Assembly: GCF_963921235.1 (NCBI RefSeq)
Contig: NC_086097.1
Location: forward strand, 99,512,001-99,576,000
Direction of reading: 5' to 3'
Length of the DNA: 64,000 nt
DNA from: Mobula hypostoma
Lineage: Eukaryota
The position numbers and the translations under genes are program-made. This document shows positions 25,857-38,300 of this stretch, one piece after another. The notes under the pieces are model-generated. The model saw only the letters and a list, made by a program, of their open reading frames with translations, was not told the DNA's origin and ran no database searches. Numbering within the stretch: the first letter of the stretch is position 1; each line of letters starts with the position of its first letter.

Positions 25857-26119
25857 CTACAGAAAGAAACAACATGAAGCACCGATCAATTTTGTAGAAG
25901 ACAAGGTACATTATTTCATTGTGTTTAACCATATACACAGAGAAGTTCAGTGTGGGAGGTGGAAGGCAGAGTTCCAGGCAATGACCCCAATCCTAAAGCA
26001 TAGCCATCTCTTATTAGCAGTACGTGAAGGACCAAGCAGATCTATTTCCAGTGACAAGCTGAGCCCCCTTATCGCCATGGTAGTTTGGATCAGGGAATTA
26101 AAGATGACGTGCCATTAGG

Positions 26120-27870
26120 GTAGGATCGGGATGGACTGTGATCATTGAGGAGGATGGAAAGAGCCTCAGATGTGATTTGGACAAGTTGGTTCAGTGGGAA
26201 ATTGTACACCAGAGCAGTTTGATCTATGTGATCAAACGCTGTAAACGCTGAAGATCATAGATTGCTTCAATGAAGAAAACAAATTATATAATGACCTTCC
26301 TTGTAAAGAGGAGTGATGATGGCATGCCACAGCTCTCCAAGGCCTTGTGAGAGCCCACACTGGAGGTTTTTCTATTATGGTGTCTATCTTTCAGAGTATG
26401 TTCGTAGCATAGAGAGAGTGCAAACAATGTTTGCTCACCTAATTCCTGGAGAGACATGACTGGTGCACAAGTCACAGATCTGGATAGGACAGAACCAGGC
26501 CCTTCAGCCCACTCTGTTAATGCTGACTATCATGCCAATCTACACCAATCCCACTGGCCTATCCCTGCATTCTCGTTCAAGTACCTGTCCAGATGTCATT
26601 ACTCTTCCTGCCTCTTTCAGGAAGATTGTTCCCGATGTTGGGGAAGTCCAGAACGAGGGGTCACAGTTTGAGGATAAAGGGGAAGACTTTTAGGACCGAG
26701 ATTAGGAAAAACTTCTTCACACAGAGAGTGGTGAATCTGTGGAATTCTCTGTCACAGGAAACAGTTGAGGCCAGTTCATTGGCTATATTTAAGAGGGAGT
26801 TAAATATGGCCTTTGTGACTAAAGGGATCAGGGGGTATGGAGGGAAGGCTGGGGCGGGGTTCTGAGTTGGATGATCGGCCATGATCATACTGAATAGCGG
26901 TGCAGGCTCGAAGGGCCGAATGGCCTACTCCTGCACCTACTTTCTATGTTTCTATGTTTCTATAACCTCATTCCAGATACTAGCTACTCTTTGTGTGAAA
27001 TATTAACCCCTCAGATCCCCTTTAAACCTCCTCCTTCTCATCTCAAAACTATGCACTCTAGTTTTAGACACGTCTACCTTGGGAAACAGACACAGGCTCC
27101 CATTTATGTCTCTTATTATGTATTTATACTTGTGTAATCTCTCAGCCTCCGGGGAACTCCAGGGAAAAGAGACCCAGCCAATCCAATTTCCCCGATAACT
27201 CGAGCATTCCAATCCAGGGAAAATCCTTGTGAATCCTTTCTGTACCATTTCTATCCTCGAATGTGGTAACCAGAAATGCACAAGTATGCTGTGTGCTCTG
27301 GACAATATTTTGTACAGATGAACCATGACCACCCAACTCTTACACTCAAAAGTTTTTGGCGAACATTTCAAACGCCTTCTCCAGTATCCTATCTGTGTTT
27401 CCACTTTCAGAGAATGAAACACATGTACTCCAAGGTGTCTACTCAACAACACTCCCCAGGCCCTGCTCTTCGCTGCGTATGTCTTTCCCTGCTTTCAGTC
27501 TGGCTTGTTTTGGCATATAGTTTAAAAGAATGAGAATGGATCTCACAGGAACCGAGAACATTCTTACAGGAACTAAATGAACAAGCTACAGAGAGGATGT
27601 TCCCATTGGCAGGAGATTCCAAAACCAAGAACTGCAGTTCAGTGTATATGATATAAACGAGACCTGGAGTGATTTCTTCACCAAAGATTGGTGAAACTGT
27701 GGTATTCTCTACAACAGGAAATAATGGAGGTCAAGTCATTCAATATATTCCTCAAGAGATAGTGGGAAAAGGAGGGAACAGGATGCTGAAGTGAATGATC
27801 AGCCAAGATCATATAGAATGGAGGAGAGATGTGAAGGGCCAAGTGGCTATCTCTACTCCTATTATTCATA
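26120..27870. mobile_element. Cluster of CR1 fragments
   Basis: Degenerate plus-strand pieces at ~26120-26450 and ~27510-27870. A minus-strand CR1 (~26480-27460; ORF 27003-27452) is interrupted by a younger plus-strand 3' end at ~26623-26962 with a (TTTCTATG)n tail. Confidence 0.8.
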
Positions 27871-29189
27871 CAATGTTGCCAAAGATCTCATACAATGAAA
27901 GATGTCATTATCATTGTAATTATTTTTTCTGCACTAACTCATCATGGCATGCCTTTTACCATTTGCTTTAATTGCCTCCTTCATTGTTAAAAAAGAAAAT
28001 GGTATAAACACTCAACAGGCCAGGCAGCATCTGTGGAGAACTGGGAAAGTAAGAAAACAAATTGGTTTTAAATTATAGTGTGGTTAGAGAAACGGGGCTG
28101 TTTGCAAGCTTAAAGGATTGGAGTTTATTTGAGGTGGAGGGTGAGGACAGCAGATCTGAAGAGCAAGTATAAGTGAAAGCAAGGCTCAGAGAGGGAGCAG
28201 GAGTTGGGTTTTGAAGGACAAGATGAGTTTGCAGAGAGCTGATGGGAGCAGCTGAATGGGAAGCGATGCTGAAAGGCAGCAGGTGGGACAACCACCATTT
28301 CAATGGCAAAGATGTTTATCAACTCGGGCATCACTGTTGATGGGCAGGGAGACCAAGGACCAGAAATAACAAGATCTGAGACAGGCAGAGCAGTTAGCAA
28401 CGATACTCAGAGAGATCCAACGAGATCAAGGATAAGTAAGCCCTACCTCTCCTGGGTTTTCTTCCTTACCAGATAGCTACACTGGATGGTTCACGGTGAA
28501 TATTAGAAACTCGGAGAAAGCAATTGTGTATGTGTGATGAGGAAAGAACAAGGCAGAGACTCTCAGCAGCGTACAGAATCCCTCGGATCACCCAGCTGTA
28601 TTCCTCAGATTCACTCGCCTACCATGTCCCTCAATTCCTCCTCATTAACGCTGCCCAATTTAATCAGATCACTGTATCTCTGCTCAATCAACTCACTGGT
28701 TAACACAGTCAAAAGTCAGCAGTTTTGAAACCCTTGACCCAAGGAGGCTCAGGAACTCCATGGCTTATAAGGGGATGGAGAGGTGATCAAATCAGATTGT
28801 TAGAAATGATGCAGTAGAAACTATTTGCTTCAGTGAGAAGCTGTGTAAATCACCATGCGATTAGAACAAAATTTGGAAACACAGCCACACAGATGTAGAT
28901 AGGTCCTGATGCAGACTTTCTACCCAAACTGCCATCAATTCCTTTCCTCCCACAGATGCTGCCTGACCTGCTGAGTTCCTCCAGCTGATTGCTATACCCT
29001 AAATTCCAGCATTTGAAGTCACTTGTGTCTCTAAGTTTGAGTTTTCAAGTGTAAGACTGAGTAAAGCATGCTGAGGTCAGGAAGATGGAGATAGAAGAGC
29101 ATAATCATTAACTTGTTCAAAGGTTTGAACAGTTTCCCTTTTATCCCCAGAATGGACAGACATGGAAGGGAAGTACAGAAACATCTTAC

Positions 29190-29267
29190 CTTATTTTGAT
29201 AGGTCCAGTATAGATAGTGCCCTTGCAAATCTAAGCGCATAACTACCGGTAATCCAGCTCCAGTTTC
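29190..29267 (-). CDS. PLCB2: Phospholipase C beta 2-like, coding exon 2 (78 bp)
   Basis: Acceptor CCCTCAG, donor AAG|GTAAGA. Reads ETGAGLPVVMRLDLQGHYLYWTYQNK versus PLCB2 [26 protein letters not shown]. Confidence 0.96.
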
Positions 29268-32200
29268 CTGAGGGTGGAAATGACACAACATTGGCTTCAG
29301 TGTTAACCATTTCAGTCTGAAGCTGAAGCCCCTTGATGCTATGGTTAAGGTTTTTCATTCTCTTTGGCTTTAGTTGAATCTATCAGTGAAGATGAGGGTT
29401 AGAGATGCAATAAGAAAAATTATAATGTAGATGTCTGACCAAATACTTGTATTCATAAAACTCCCTTAAACTTCCCAAAACATTACAAAGCACTTTACAA
29501 CCTGTGAGAACAGCTGTTGGAGGAATGCAATAGGTCAGGCCGTCTCTGCAGAAAAACAGTCAGCATTTTCATTTGAGACCCTTCATTTGGATTGAAAGGC
29601 TGTGAAGTGTTCTGCTGAAGAGGAGACAGTGTTGTAACAACATTGGAAACACACAACCAAAGGCCAAAATAGCTGCAGATGCCAGAATCCTGAATTAAAA
29701 ACATAAATTGCTGGAAATAGTCAGCAGATCAGGTAGTGTCTGTGGGGAGAGAAACCAAGTTAATGTGTCAGAGCGATTTCCTCCCATCAGAAACTCTCCA
29801 ATGCAATTTCATCTTATGTTAACTCTGTTGTGTCTGTGCACAACTACGTATCAATTAAATAAAGCAAGCATGCCGGAGATGGTTTTAACTGGTGTATTCA
29901 CATTGCAACGAGAGAGAGAGAACAATGCACATGCATAGATAACGGCACAAGCACAGACAACAGATCAATACGTAGTGCCAAAGGGTGGGGGGGGTCATTG
30001 ATCGAAAATAAATAGATCCATCCATAGACTTCCTCCCCCTTTACATTAATGCACCATAAAACTGTATATGTACAAAACATTCAATTTCCCTTTCATAAAC
30101 CCATATAAACCCATATATAAATCCAAATAAACATGCTTTCACAATAGCAGTCCATAACTAACTTCACATTTCTAAAGGTTCAGTCTTTTGGGTGAAGCTC
30201 TGTTTCTTTCAGGATAGCGCCTCTGGACCTGTGGAGTCGCATCAGATTTGGTAGGTGTCTTGTCTGAGACAACATTCTCAGTTTCCCATGTCACTTTGCT
30301 GAAAGTGACATCATTACTGAGAGATATGTTCGTGACTGTAATGTGTCCGTCTTGTTGGATGCAGTCAACTCAGGTGTGTTCCTTGGTTGAGCATCCAGTA
30401 TCTGGTCCCCATGACATCTCCATGTCTGATCTCCAATATCCACTGTGTACGTCAGTGGTCCATTTCTTGTAGCTATCCTACCCAGTGTCCACTTGTCTTC
30501 TCGGTAATCACGGGCTAGGAATTCCTGTCCAATTTCAAAGCTTTTTGCTGCTTCATGTGGCAACTGACTGAACTGTTTATCCTGCACTTCCCTCCAGAGG
30601 TCTGGATTCAGGAGGTCTATGCGAGATCTCAGACTTCTGCTCATGAGCAGCATTGCAGGTGTTTGATTTGTTGTCACATGGACAGAGTTCTGATACACAA
30701 ATAGGAAGTTGTCCACCTTGTGCTGTTGAGAAATGTCATCCTTGTCCACCACTTTAATGGACTTCTTGAAGGTTTGGATAAACCTTTCTGCAAACCCATT
30801 CATTGCTGGGTGGTGAGGAGCTGACTTGAAATGCTTGATGCCATTTTTCTGCATGAACAGTTGGAATTCTTCCGATGTGCATTGTGGTCTGTTGTCACTC
30901 ACAATTTGTTCTGGTAAGTCATTTCTGGCGAAGGTAGGTCTCAGAGCAGAAACAGTCTTTGCTGAGGTGGTTGACTTCATTGGTATGACCTCTGGCCACT
31001 TCAAAAGAGCATCCACAGCAATCAGGAACATGGAGTCCATGAATGAGCCAGCAAAGTCAATATGTACTCTTTGCCATGGGAACAGCCACTCCCATGGGTG
31101 TAACAGTACCAGTGGGGGTGCATTTTGAACTTTTTGGCATCCCAAAGAGGTTTTTGCCAAGTCTCCAATCTGTTTATCTATTCCTGGCCACCACACGTTG
31201 CTCTGGATGAGACTGCATCTTGACTGTACCCAGGTGTCCTTCATGCAGATTCTCTAACACTCCGGTGTACAGATTAGAGGGAACCACAACATGAGATCCA
31301 CATATCAGCATTCTTTGACATACTGACTGTTGGTCTGGTCTCACCGAGAACTCTGGAAACATAGGGTTACCATGACTGCATGGTGATGTCATAGACTTTT
31401 GACGATGTCAGATCATTCCTTGTTTCCTTTTGTATTTCACAATTTGTTACCGGCAACTGGTCCGTGAATGCAGTGTGGAACACTTCTGCTGGGTCACAGT
31501 ATGAAGACTTTTCTTCTTCAGTTGCCAACAGTGGAAGACATGACAAGTCATCAGTGTTGCTGTGTTGTTTGGTACCCTTGAACTCTATGTCTAAGAGAGG
31601 GCTCCTAGGAATAGTGCCCAATGTTGTAACTGGGTCGCAGTCATCACTGGAATTCCCTTCCTGGGATTGAAAATGGACACAAGGGGCTGGTGATCTGTCA
31701 CTAGCATAAACTTTTGTCCGTAGAGGTAGTGGTGGAATTTCTTTATTCCCCATAATAGACTAAGGGCCTCTCGGTTGATCTGTGCGTAGTTGTGTCTGGG
31801 CTCATCAGTGATCTTGAAGCAAACACAATCAGGCATTCAGATCCATCTTGCAAAATATGTGACAAAACAGTTCGAATGCCACAAGGGGACGTATCGCATG
31901 TGACTCTGATGAGCAGGAATGGGTCATAATGGGTGAGCAGTGCATCTCTTATTATTAGTCTCTTTGTTTCCTTGAATGCTCTTTCACATCTTTCTGACCA
32001 TTCCCACTTTGCTCCAGTCTGTAACAGTGTGTTCAATGGGTGCAGCATTGTAACAATGTTTGGGAGAAACCGGTGATAGTGGTTTACACTTGAGTTGTGA
32101 CACATTTTCTGGTTTGGGTGCCTGTAGCACTGCTTCAGTCTTCTCCTGTGACTTATGTAAGCCCTGCTTGTCAATGACATATCCACAATATGAGATTTGA

Positions 32201-32272
32201 GTGAATGCCAGTCTAATTAGATTTTTCTCAACCATTTATGTCCAAAAAATGCTGGTCCTCCACTTTTAAATA

Positions 32273-33490
32273 GTGTCTGGCAAAGTATCTATTGGAGGAG
32301 ACATCAGCGAAACCTTCACCATCAACCACGGGGTAAAACAGGGATGTGTTCTTGCTCCAACTTTGTTCACACTATCTCTTGCTGCAGTTTTGGGAATAAT
32401 GGACCATAATTTGGACAAAGGTGCGTACATTAGGACTCATTCAGATGGAAAATTGTTCAACCTGTCAAGACTCAAAGCCTCAACCAAATCAAGAGAGATA
32501 TGTGTCAGAGAGCTTCTGTATGCAGACGACTCAGCCCTGGTTGTTACTGATGTTAATATGATTCAAGAAATTGTAGACTGCTTCTCGTTTGCTGCCACTC
32601 TTTTAGGCCTAAGAATTTATGTCCCCAAAACCGAACTTCTGTACCAGCCTCCTCCTCTGTGTAGTCCCAGTGAGACCCAACCATCGGTCATATCAGTCAA
32701 TTGGGTAGCGCTGAAATGTCCTGACTCTTTCATATACTTAGGAAGCGCTGTGACCAACACCAACTCATCAGGAGGAGAATTCATTCAGTTACAAAAGTCT
32801 TTGGTGTTTTGCAGAAGCGACTTTGGTCTCGCCACGACATTAAAATGGCAACCAAGGTCAAAGTACATAACACAGCTGTTTTGCCATCTCTGCTTTATTC
32901 AACTGAAACGATGATGTTGTATCAGAAGCACATCAAGAAATTGACCAAGATACAACACAGGCATTTACACTGACTATTACACATCAAGTGGCAAGAGAGG
33001 GTAGCAGATGTGGAAAACGTGCTGGGACAGTCAGCGTAGAAACGCTCATTACAGCTTCTCAGCTGCATTGGACTGGTCATGTCACAAGAATGAGCGATGA
33101 TCGTTTACCCAAAGCTGTTTTCTATGACGAGCTACATGCAGGAAAGAGGAAGCACGGTGGTCAGAAGCTGCCCTACAAAGATGTGCTCAAGCGCCATATG
33201 AAGAACACTGACATGAATGTCAACACCCGGGAGAAAGATGCTTTGGACAGAAGAAGTTGGCACTGCATTGTCAAGAAGTCAATCCCAGCTATCGAGGAGA
33301 AAAGGCAGAAGAAATATGAAGCAGGTCATGAACGCAGACATTCGGTGCTAGACCAGTCAAATCACAAATGCAACCGATGTGGGATACAGTGCTGATCCAA
33401 TGCTGGTCTGTGGCCCATAAACGTGCCTGCAGGGACTAAACTCTCAGCACGGTCAACATCGAAATCGATGGACAGCCAAAGAAGAAGACA
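32273..33490 (+). mobile_element. 5'-truncated RTE-clade LINE (BovB-like) nested in the Mag-like element
   Basis: HGVKQGCVLAPTLF, LLYADD and QLHWTGHVTRMSDDRLPKAVFY; GAAGAAGA tail; 32-bp TSD at 32241-32272 and 33491-33522. Confidence 0.92.
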
Positions 33491-34580
33491 TCCAAAAAGG
33501 GCTGGCCTTCCACTTTTAAATACATGAAGTTTTAACTGTTGTGTTTGAAACTTCTCACTCAGTTGTGTTTTCCGTCTCTCTATATGACCCTGTCTGCGGA
33601 CTTTTTCTTTGAACCAACACTCATTTGGCTCAATGATAATTTTTTGGCCTTTTCCATCATTCAGGACATTTTGTGCTTTTCACATTCTAACCTCCTTTTC
33701 TGTAGTTCTGCTACATCCTTTGCTGCAGTCTCTAACGTTATTGCAAAGGTCAATGCCCATTCTAAGATTAGATCTCTTTCAGATAATAGCTACTTTTAAT
33801 TGCTTTGGCTATGCACGTCATATACAAGCCTGCCCCTTAACGCATCAGAAAGTCCATCTCCAAAGTCACAGTACTAGGAGTTTGTGCAGTTCTGCAATAT
33901 ATTCAGAAAGGTTTTCATCCTTTGACTGGTTCCTTTTGTAAAATCTACATCTCTCAGCTACTACCAGTGGTTCAGGGCTCAAGCAATTTTGTAAAATTGT
34001 AACAATTTCACCGAATGTCTTGCTTGGTGGCTTTTCAGGCGTTACTAAGTTGTATAAGAGACTGTATGTTCTAGAACCCATTAAGCTAAGAAGCATGGGG
34101 TTTTCTTTGTCTCATCCACATTGTTCACGTTACAATACAGTTCAAACCTCTCGATATACAACCTCCAGCCTTCATTAGCACTATCAAATTTGTCAACTTC
34201 CCCAACTTATGCCATCACCACAATATTTTCACTTTAAATTCGGCACGTTTTTCACTGCGTACAATACAGGCAGTTACACACGCATCCCTTCGTCAGTGTC
34301 TGTCATGGCCTTCTCCATACTGTTTAATTCTCGCCATTTCATCCTGTAATCGTGCCGTTAACTGTCTGTGCAGGTTGTGATAATTCTAACATTCAGGTTT
34401 GTACTCATCGCCGGTTTATTGTGTCGGTACATAACTACGTATCAATTAAATAACAGCACACACACGGGAGATGGCTTTAACTGGAGTATTCACATTGCAG
34501 CGAGAGAGACGGGAACAATGCACATGCGTAAACAACAAATCAATACGTAGTGCTGGGGGGGGGGCATCATTTTTCTAAAA

Positions 34581-34815
34581 GAAGCACAGTGGTTAGCACA
34601 ATGCTGAACAGTACCAGCAACCCGGGTTCAACTCCTACCATTATCTGTAAGGAGTGTAAGTTCATTCTGTGACCGTGAGGGTTTCCCCTGGGTGCTCTGC
34701 TTTCCTCCCACACTCCAAAGGCTGATAGGTTAAATGGTCACTGTAAATTGTCCATGATTAGGCTGGGTGATTGCTGTCTGGAAGGCCTACTCTGTGCTAT
34801 ATGTCAATTAAATTT
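34581..34815 (+). mobile_element. HE1/V-SINE-like SINE inserted in an LTR
   Basis: AGTGGTTAGCAC, GGTTCAACTCC and GGGTTTCCCCTGGGTGCTCTGC. LTR sequence resumes at ATAGATCCATACATTACA. Confidence 0.75.
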
Positions 34816-34890
34816 AAAGCAGATAGATCCATACATTACAAACGCTGTCTTCACAGATGCTGCCTGCCCTAAAGAGTGCTTCCAGAAGTG

Positions 34891-35360
34891 GCACCCAAAG
34901 GCGACTCCTTTGCTTCCATATTCGAAAACAGTTCTATTTCCACCTTTAATATCTCTATTTTTCCCTTTCAGGGTTCCTTTGAAGACCCTGACCTGGAGTT
35001 ACACGCTGACTACAGTTCTTTGCGGGAATGGGACCCACTCTCAAGTTTTCACAATCGGCCGTTATTCGGCATGCCAATGTCTTGGCCTAAAATTTTGGCA
35101 TGGTTTCAGAAGCCTAGGATCTCGAGCAACTGGAGACAGGCGGATCAAAGGTCGGTGTCACCACAGGAGACACCGTGTGTCGTTGGGTGAGTCGGAACAT
35201 CTACTGCATGCCTGGGGAACCAGGATCCTTGTGATCTCCAGGCACAGAGCTCGGAAAAAGTGACGTAACGGACTTTCAACATTGTAATCCAGCGATTTAT
35301 TTGTTATGTCTCCCCGCTTGCTGGAAAATAGAATGGAGTCACCTCTTTCTCCCTTAATTG
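34891..35360 (+). mobile_element. Unclassified dispersed retro-repeat, 5' part (3' part at 42093-42430)
   Basis: Colinear with the uninterrupted copy at ~55650-56426, which ends CTTTGAAACCTTTGAA; here it is split by the full-length CR1. Confidence 0.75.
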
Positions 35361-35364
35361 GAGA

Positions 35365-38300
35365 AAGAAGGCTGCAAGTGAACGGCTGATTTTTCGGATC
35401 GAAGGGAGTTTTTTACTACTCGGAGTAAAAGAGAGGTGAGACTGCGCAGGCGCGTGACGTCAGCCAGTAGAGCGCGAAAGGTTTAAAAAGAAGACCGCCA
35501 TATCCAGCGACCAGCTGAGTGAGAGGCAGCAGAGTGATAGGGCTTTGGCTCAACGAGCTTAGGCGGTAACGGGACGAGGCGAAGTAGGTTTACCAGTGTT
35601 ATTTGCGGAAAGGAGGAAGTATATGTGTGAGGCCAGTTTTCTGTGCTCGGTGTCAGATGTGGGAGGTCCTGGAGTCTCCCAGCCTCCCGGACGGCCATAT
35701 CTGCACCAGGTGTGTCGAGCTGCAGCTCCTGAGAGACTGAGTTAGGGAACTGGAGATGCAGCTCAATGATCAGGGAGAGCGAGGAGGTGATAGAAAGGAG
35801 TTATAGGCCGGTAATCACACCGGGGCCACGGGAGACAGACAAATGGGTCACAGTCAGGAGACGGAAGGGGAAGAGTCAGGTATGAGAGAGTACCCCAGTG
35901 GCTGTGCCCCTTGACAATAAGTACTCCTGTTTGAGTACTGTTGGGGGAGACAGCCTACCTGGGGGAAGCGACAGTGGCCGTGTCTCTGGCACAGAGTCTG
36001 GCCCTGTGGCTCAGAACAGTAGGGAAAGGAAGAGGATGGCAGCAGTGATAGGGGACTCTATATTAGGGGGTCAGACAGGCGATTCTGTGGATGCAGGAAA
36101 GAAACTCAGATGGTAGTTTGCCTCCCAGGTGCCAGGGTCCGGGATGTTTCAGATCACATCCAAGATATCCTGCAGTGGGAGGAAGAACAGCCAGAGGTTG
36201 TGGTACATATTGGTACCAATGACATGGGTAGGAAAAGGGAAGAAGTCCTGAAAAAAGACTACAGGCAGTTGGGAAGGAAGTTGAGAAGCAAGACCACAAA
36301 GGTAGTAATCTCAGGATTACTGCCTGTGCCATGCGACAGTGAGAATAGGAATAGAATGAGGTGGAGGATAAATGTGTGGCTGAGGGATTGGAGCAGGGGG
36401 CAGGGATTCAGATTTCTGGATCATTGGGACCTCTTTTGGGGCAGGTGTGACCTGTACAAAAAGAACAGGTTGCACTTGAATCCCAGGGGAAATAATATCC
36501 TGGCGGGGAGGTTTGCTAAGGCTACCGGAGAGAGTTTAAACTAGAATTGTTGGGGGGTGGGAACCGAACTGAAGAGACTGGGGAAGAGGTGGTTGGCTCA
36601 CAAATAGGGAAAGCTTGGAGACAGTGTGTGAGGGAGGATAGGCGGGTGATAGAGAAGGGACGCGCTCAGACAGACGGTTTGAGATGTTTCTATTTTAATG
36701 CAATGACTGTTGTGAACAAAGCAGATGAGCTTAGAGCGTGGATCAGTACTTGGAGATATAATGTGGTGGCCATTACAGAGACTTGGGTGGCTCAGGGACA
36801 GGAATGGTTACTTCAGGTGCCGGGTTTTATATGTTTCAGGAAGAACAGGGAGGGAGGCAGAAGAGGTGGGGGCGTGGCACTGTTGATCAGAGATAGTATC
36901 ACGGCTGCAGAAAAGGTGGACGCCATAGAGGGATTTTCTACGAAGTCTCTGTGGGTGGAGGTTAGGAACAGGAAGGGGGTCAATAACTTTACTGGGTGTT
37001 TTTTATAGGCCGCCCAATAGTAACAGGGATATTGAGGAGCAGATAGGGAAACAGATCCTGGAAAAGTGTAATAATAACAGAATTGTTGTGATGGGAGATT
37101 TTAATTTCCAAAATATCAATTGGCATCTCCCTAGAGCAAGGGGTTTAGATGGGGTGGAGTTTGTTAGGTGTATTCAGGAAGGTTTCTCGACACAATATGT
37201 AGATAAACCTCCAAGAGAAGAGGCTGTACTTGATCTGGTATTGGGAAATGAACCTGGTCAGGTGTCATTTCTCTCAGTGGGAGAGCATTTTGGAGATAGT
37301 GATCATAATTCTATCTCCTTTACAATAGCATTGGAGAGAGATAGGAACAGACAAGTTAGAAAAGCATTTAATTGGATTAAGGGGAATTATGAGGCTATCC
37401 GGCAGGAAATTGGAAGCTTAAATTGGAAACAGATGTTCTCAGGGAAAAGTACAAAAGAAATGTGCAAATATTCAGGGGATAACTACAAGTTGCAGCTGGA
37501 AATAGAAAAAGCGTGTCAGAAGGACAATGTCAAGATAATTATGGGGGATTTTAATATGAAAGTGGATTGGGAAAGTCGGGAAGGTAATGGATCTCAGGAG
37601 AGGGAGTTTGTAGAATGCCTATAGGATGGCTTTTTGGAGCAACTTGTCCAGAAGCCCACCAGGGGACCGGCTGTTTTGGATTGGGTGCTGTGTAATGAAC
37701 CTGAGGCGATTAGGGAGCTGGAGGTAAAGGAACCTCTTGGAAGTAGTGATCATAATATGATTGAGTTCAGTTTCAAATTTGAAAAGGAGAAGCTGGTATC
37801 AGGTGTATCGATATTTCAGTGGAACAGGGGAAATTACAGTGGTATGAGAGAGGAACTGGCCCAAGTCAATTGGAAAAGTAAACTAAATGGAGGGACGGCA
37901 GAGCAGAATTGGATGAAATTCCTACAAGAAATAAGGAAAATGCAGGAAAAATATATTCCAAGAAAAAAGAAAATCATGAATGGAAAAATGGCACAAATGT
38001 GGCTAACAAGAGAGGTTAAGGCAAAAATAAAAGCAAAAGAAACGGCGTACAAGGAAGCAAAAATTAGTGGGAAAAATGAGGACTGGAAGACCTTTAAAAA
38101 CTTACAGAAAGAAACTAAGAAAGTCATTAGGAAAGAAAAGATGAATTATGAAAGGAAGTTGGCGATTAACATAAAAAAGGATACTAAGAGTTTTTTAAAA
38201 TATATGAAGAGTAAAAGAGTGACAAGGGTAGATATGGGACCGATTGAAAATGATGCTGGAGTAATTATAATGGATAACAAAGAGATGGCGGAGGAACTGA

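Larger units (their letters stand above)
29826..34840 (-). mobile_element. Old, internally deleted Ty3/Gypsy (Mag-like) LTR retrotransposon
   Basis: Direct repeats at 29826-~30029 and 34417-34840 (the latter split by a SINE), with flanks AACTC/AACGC. PBS-like CGGCGATGAG at ~34403-34412 (minus) and PPT at ~30030-30041. Gag 33866-34096 (LLSLMGSRTYSLL...AERCRFYKRNQ), RNase H remnants 31367-32186, integrase 30291-31244 (WQRVHIDFAG, IVSDN, HPAMNGFAERF). Confidence 0.9.
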
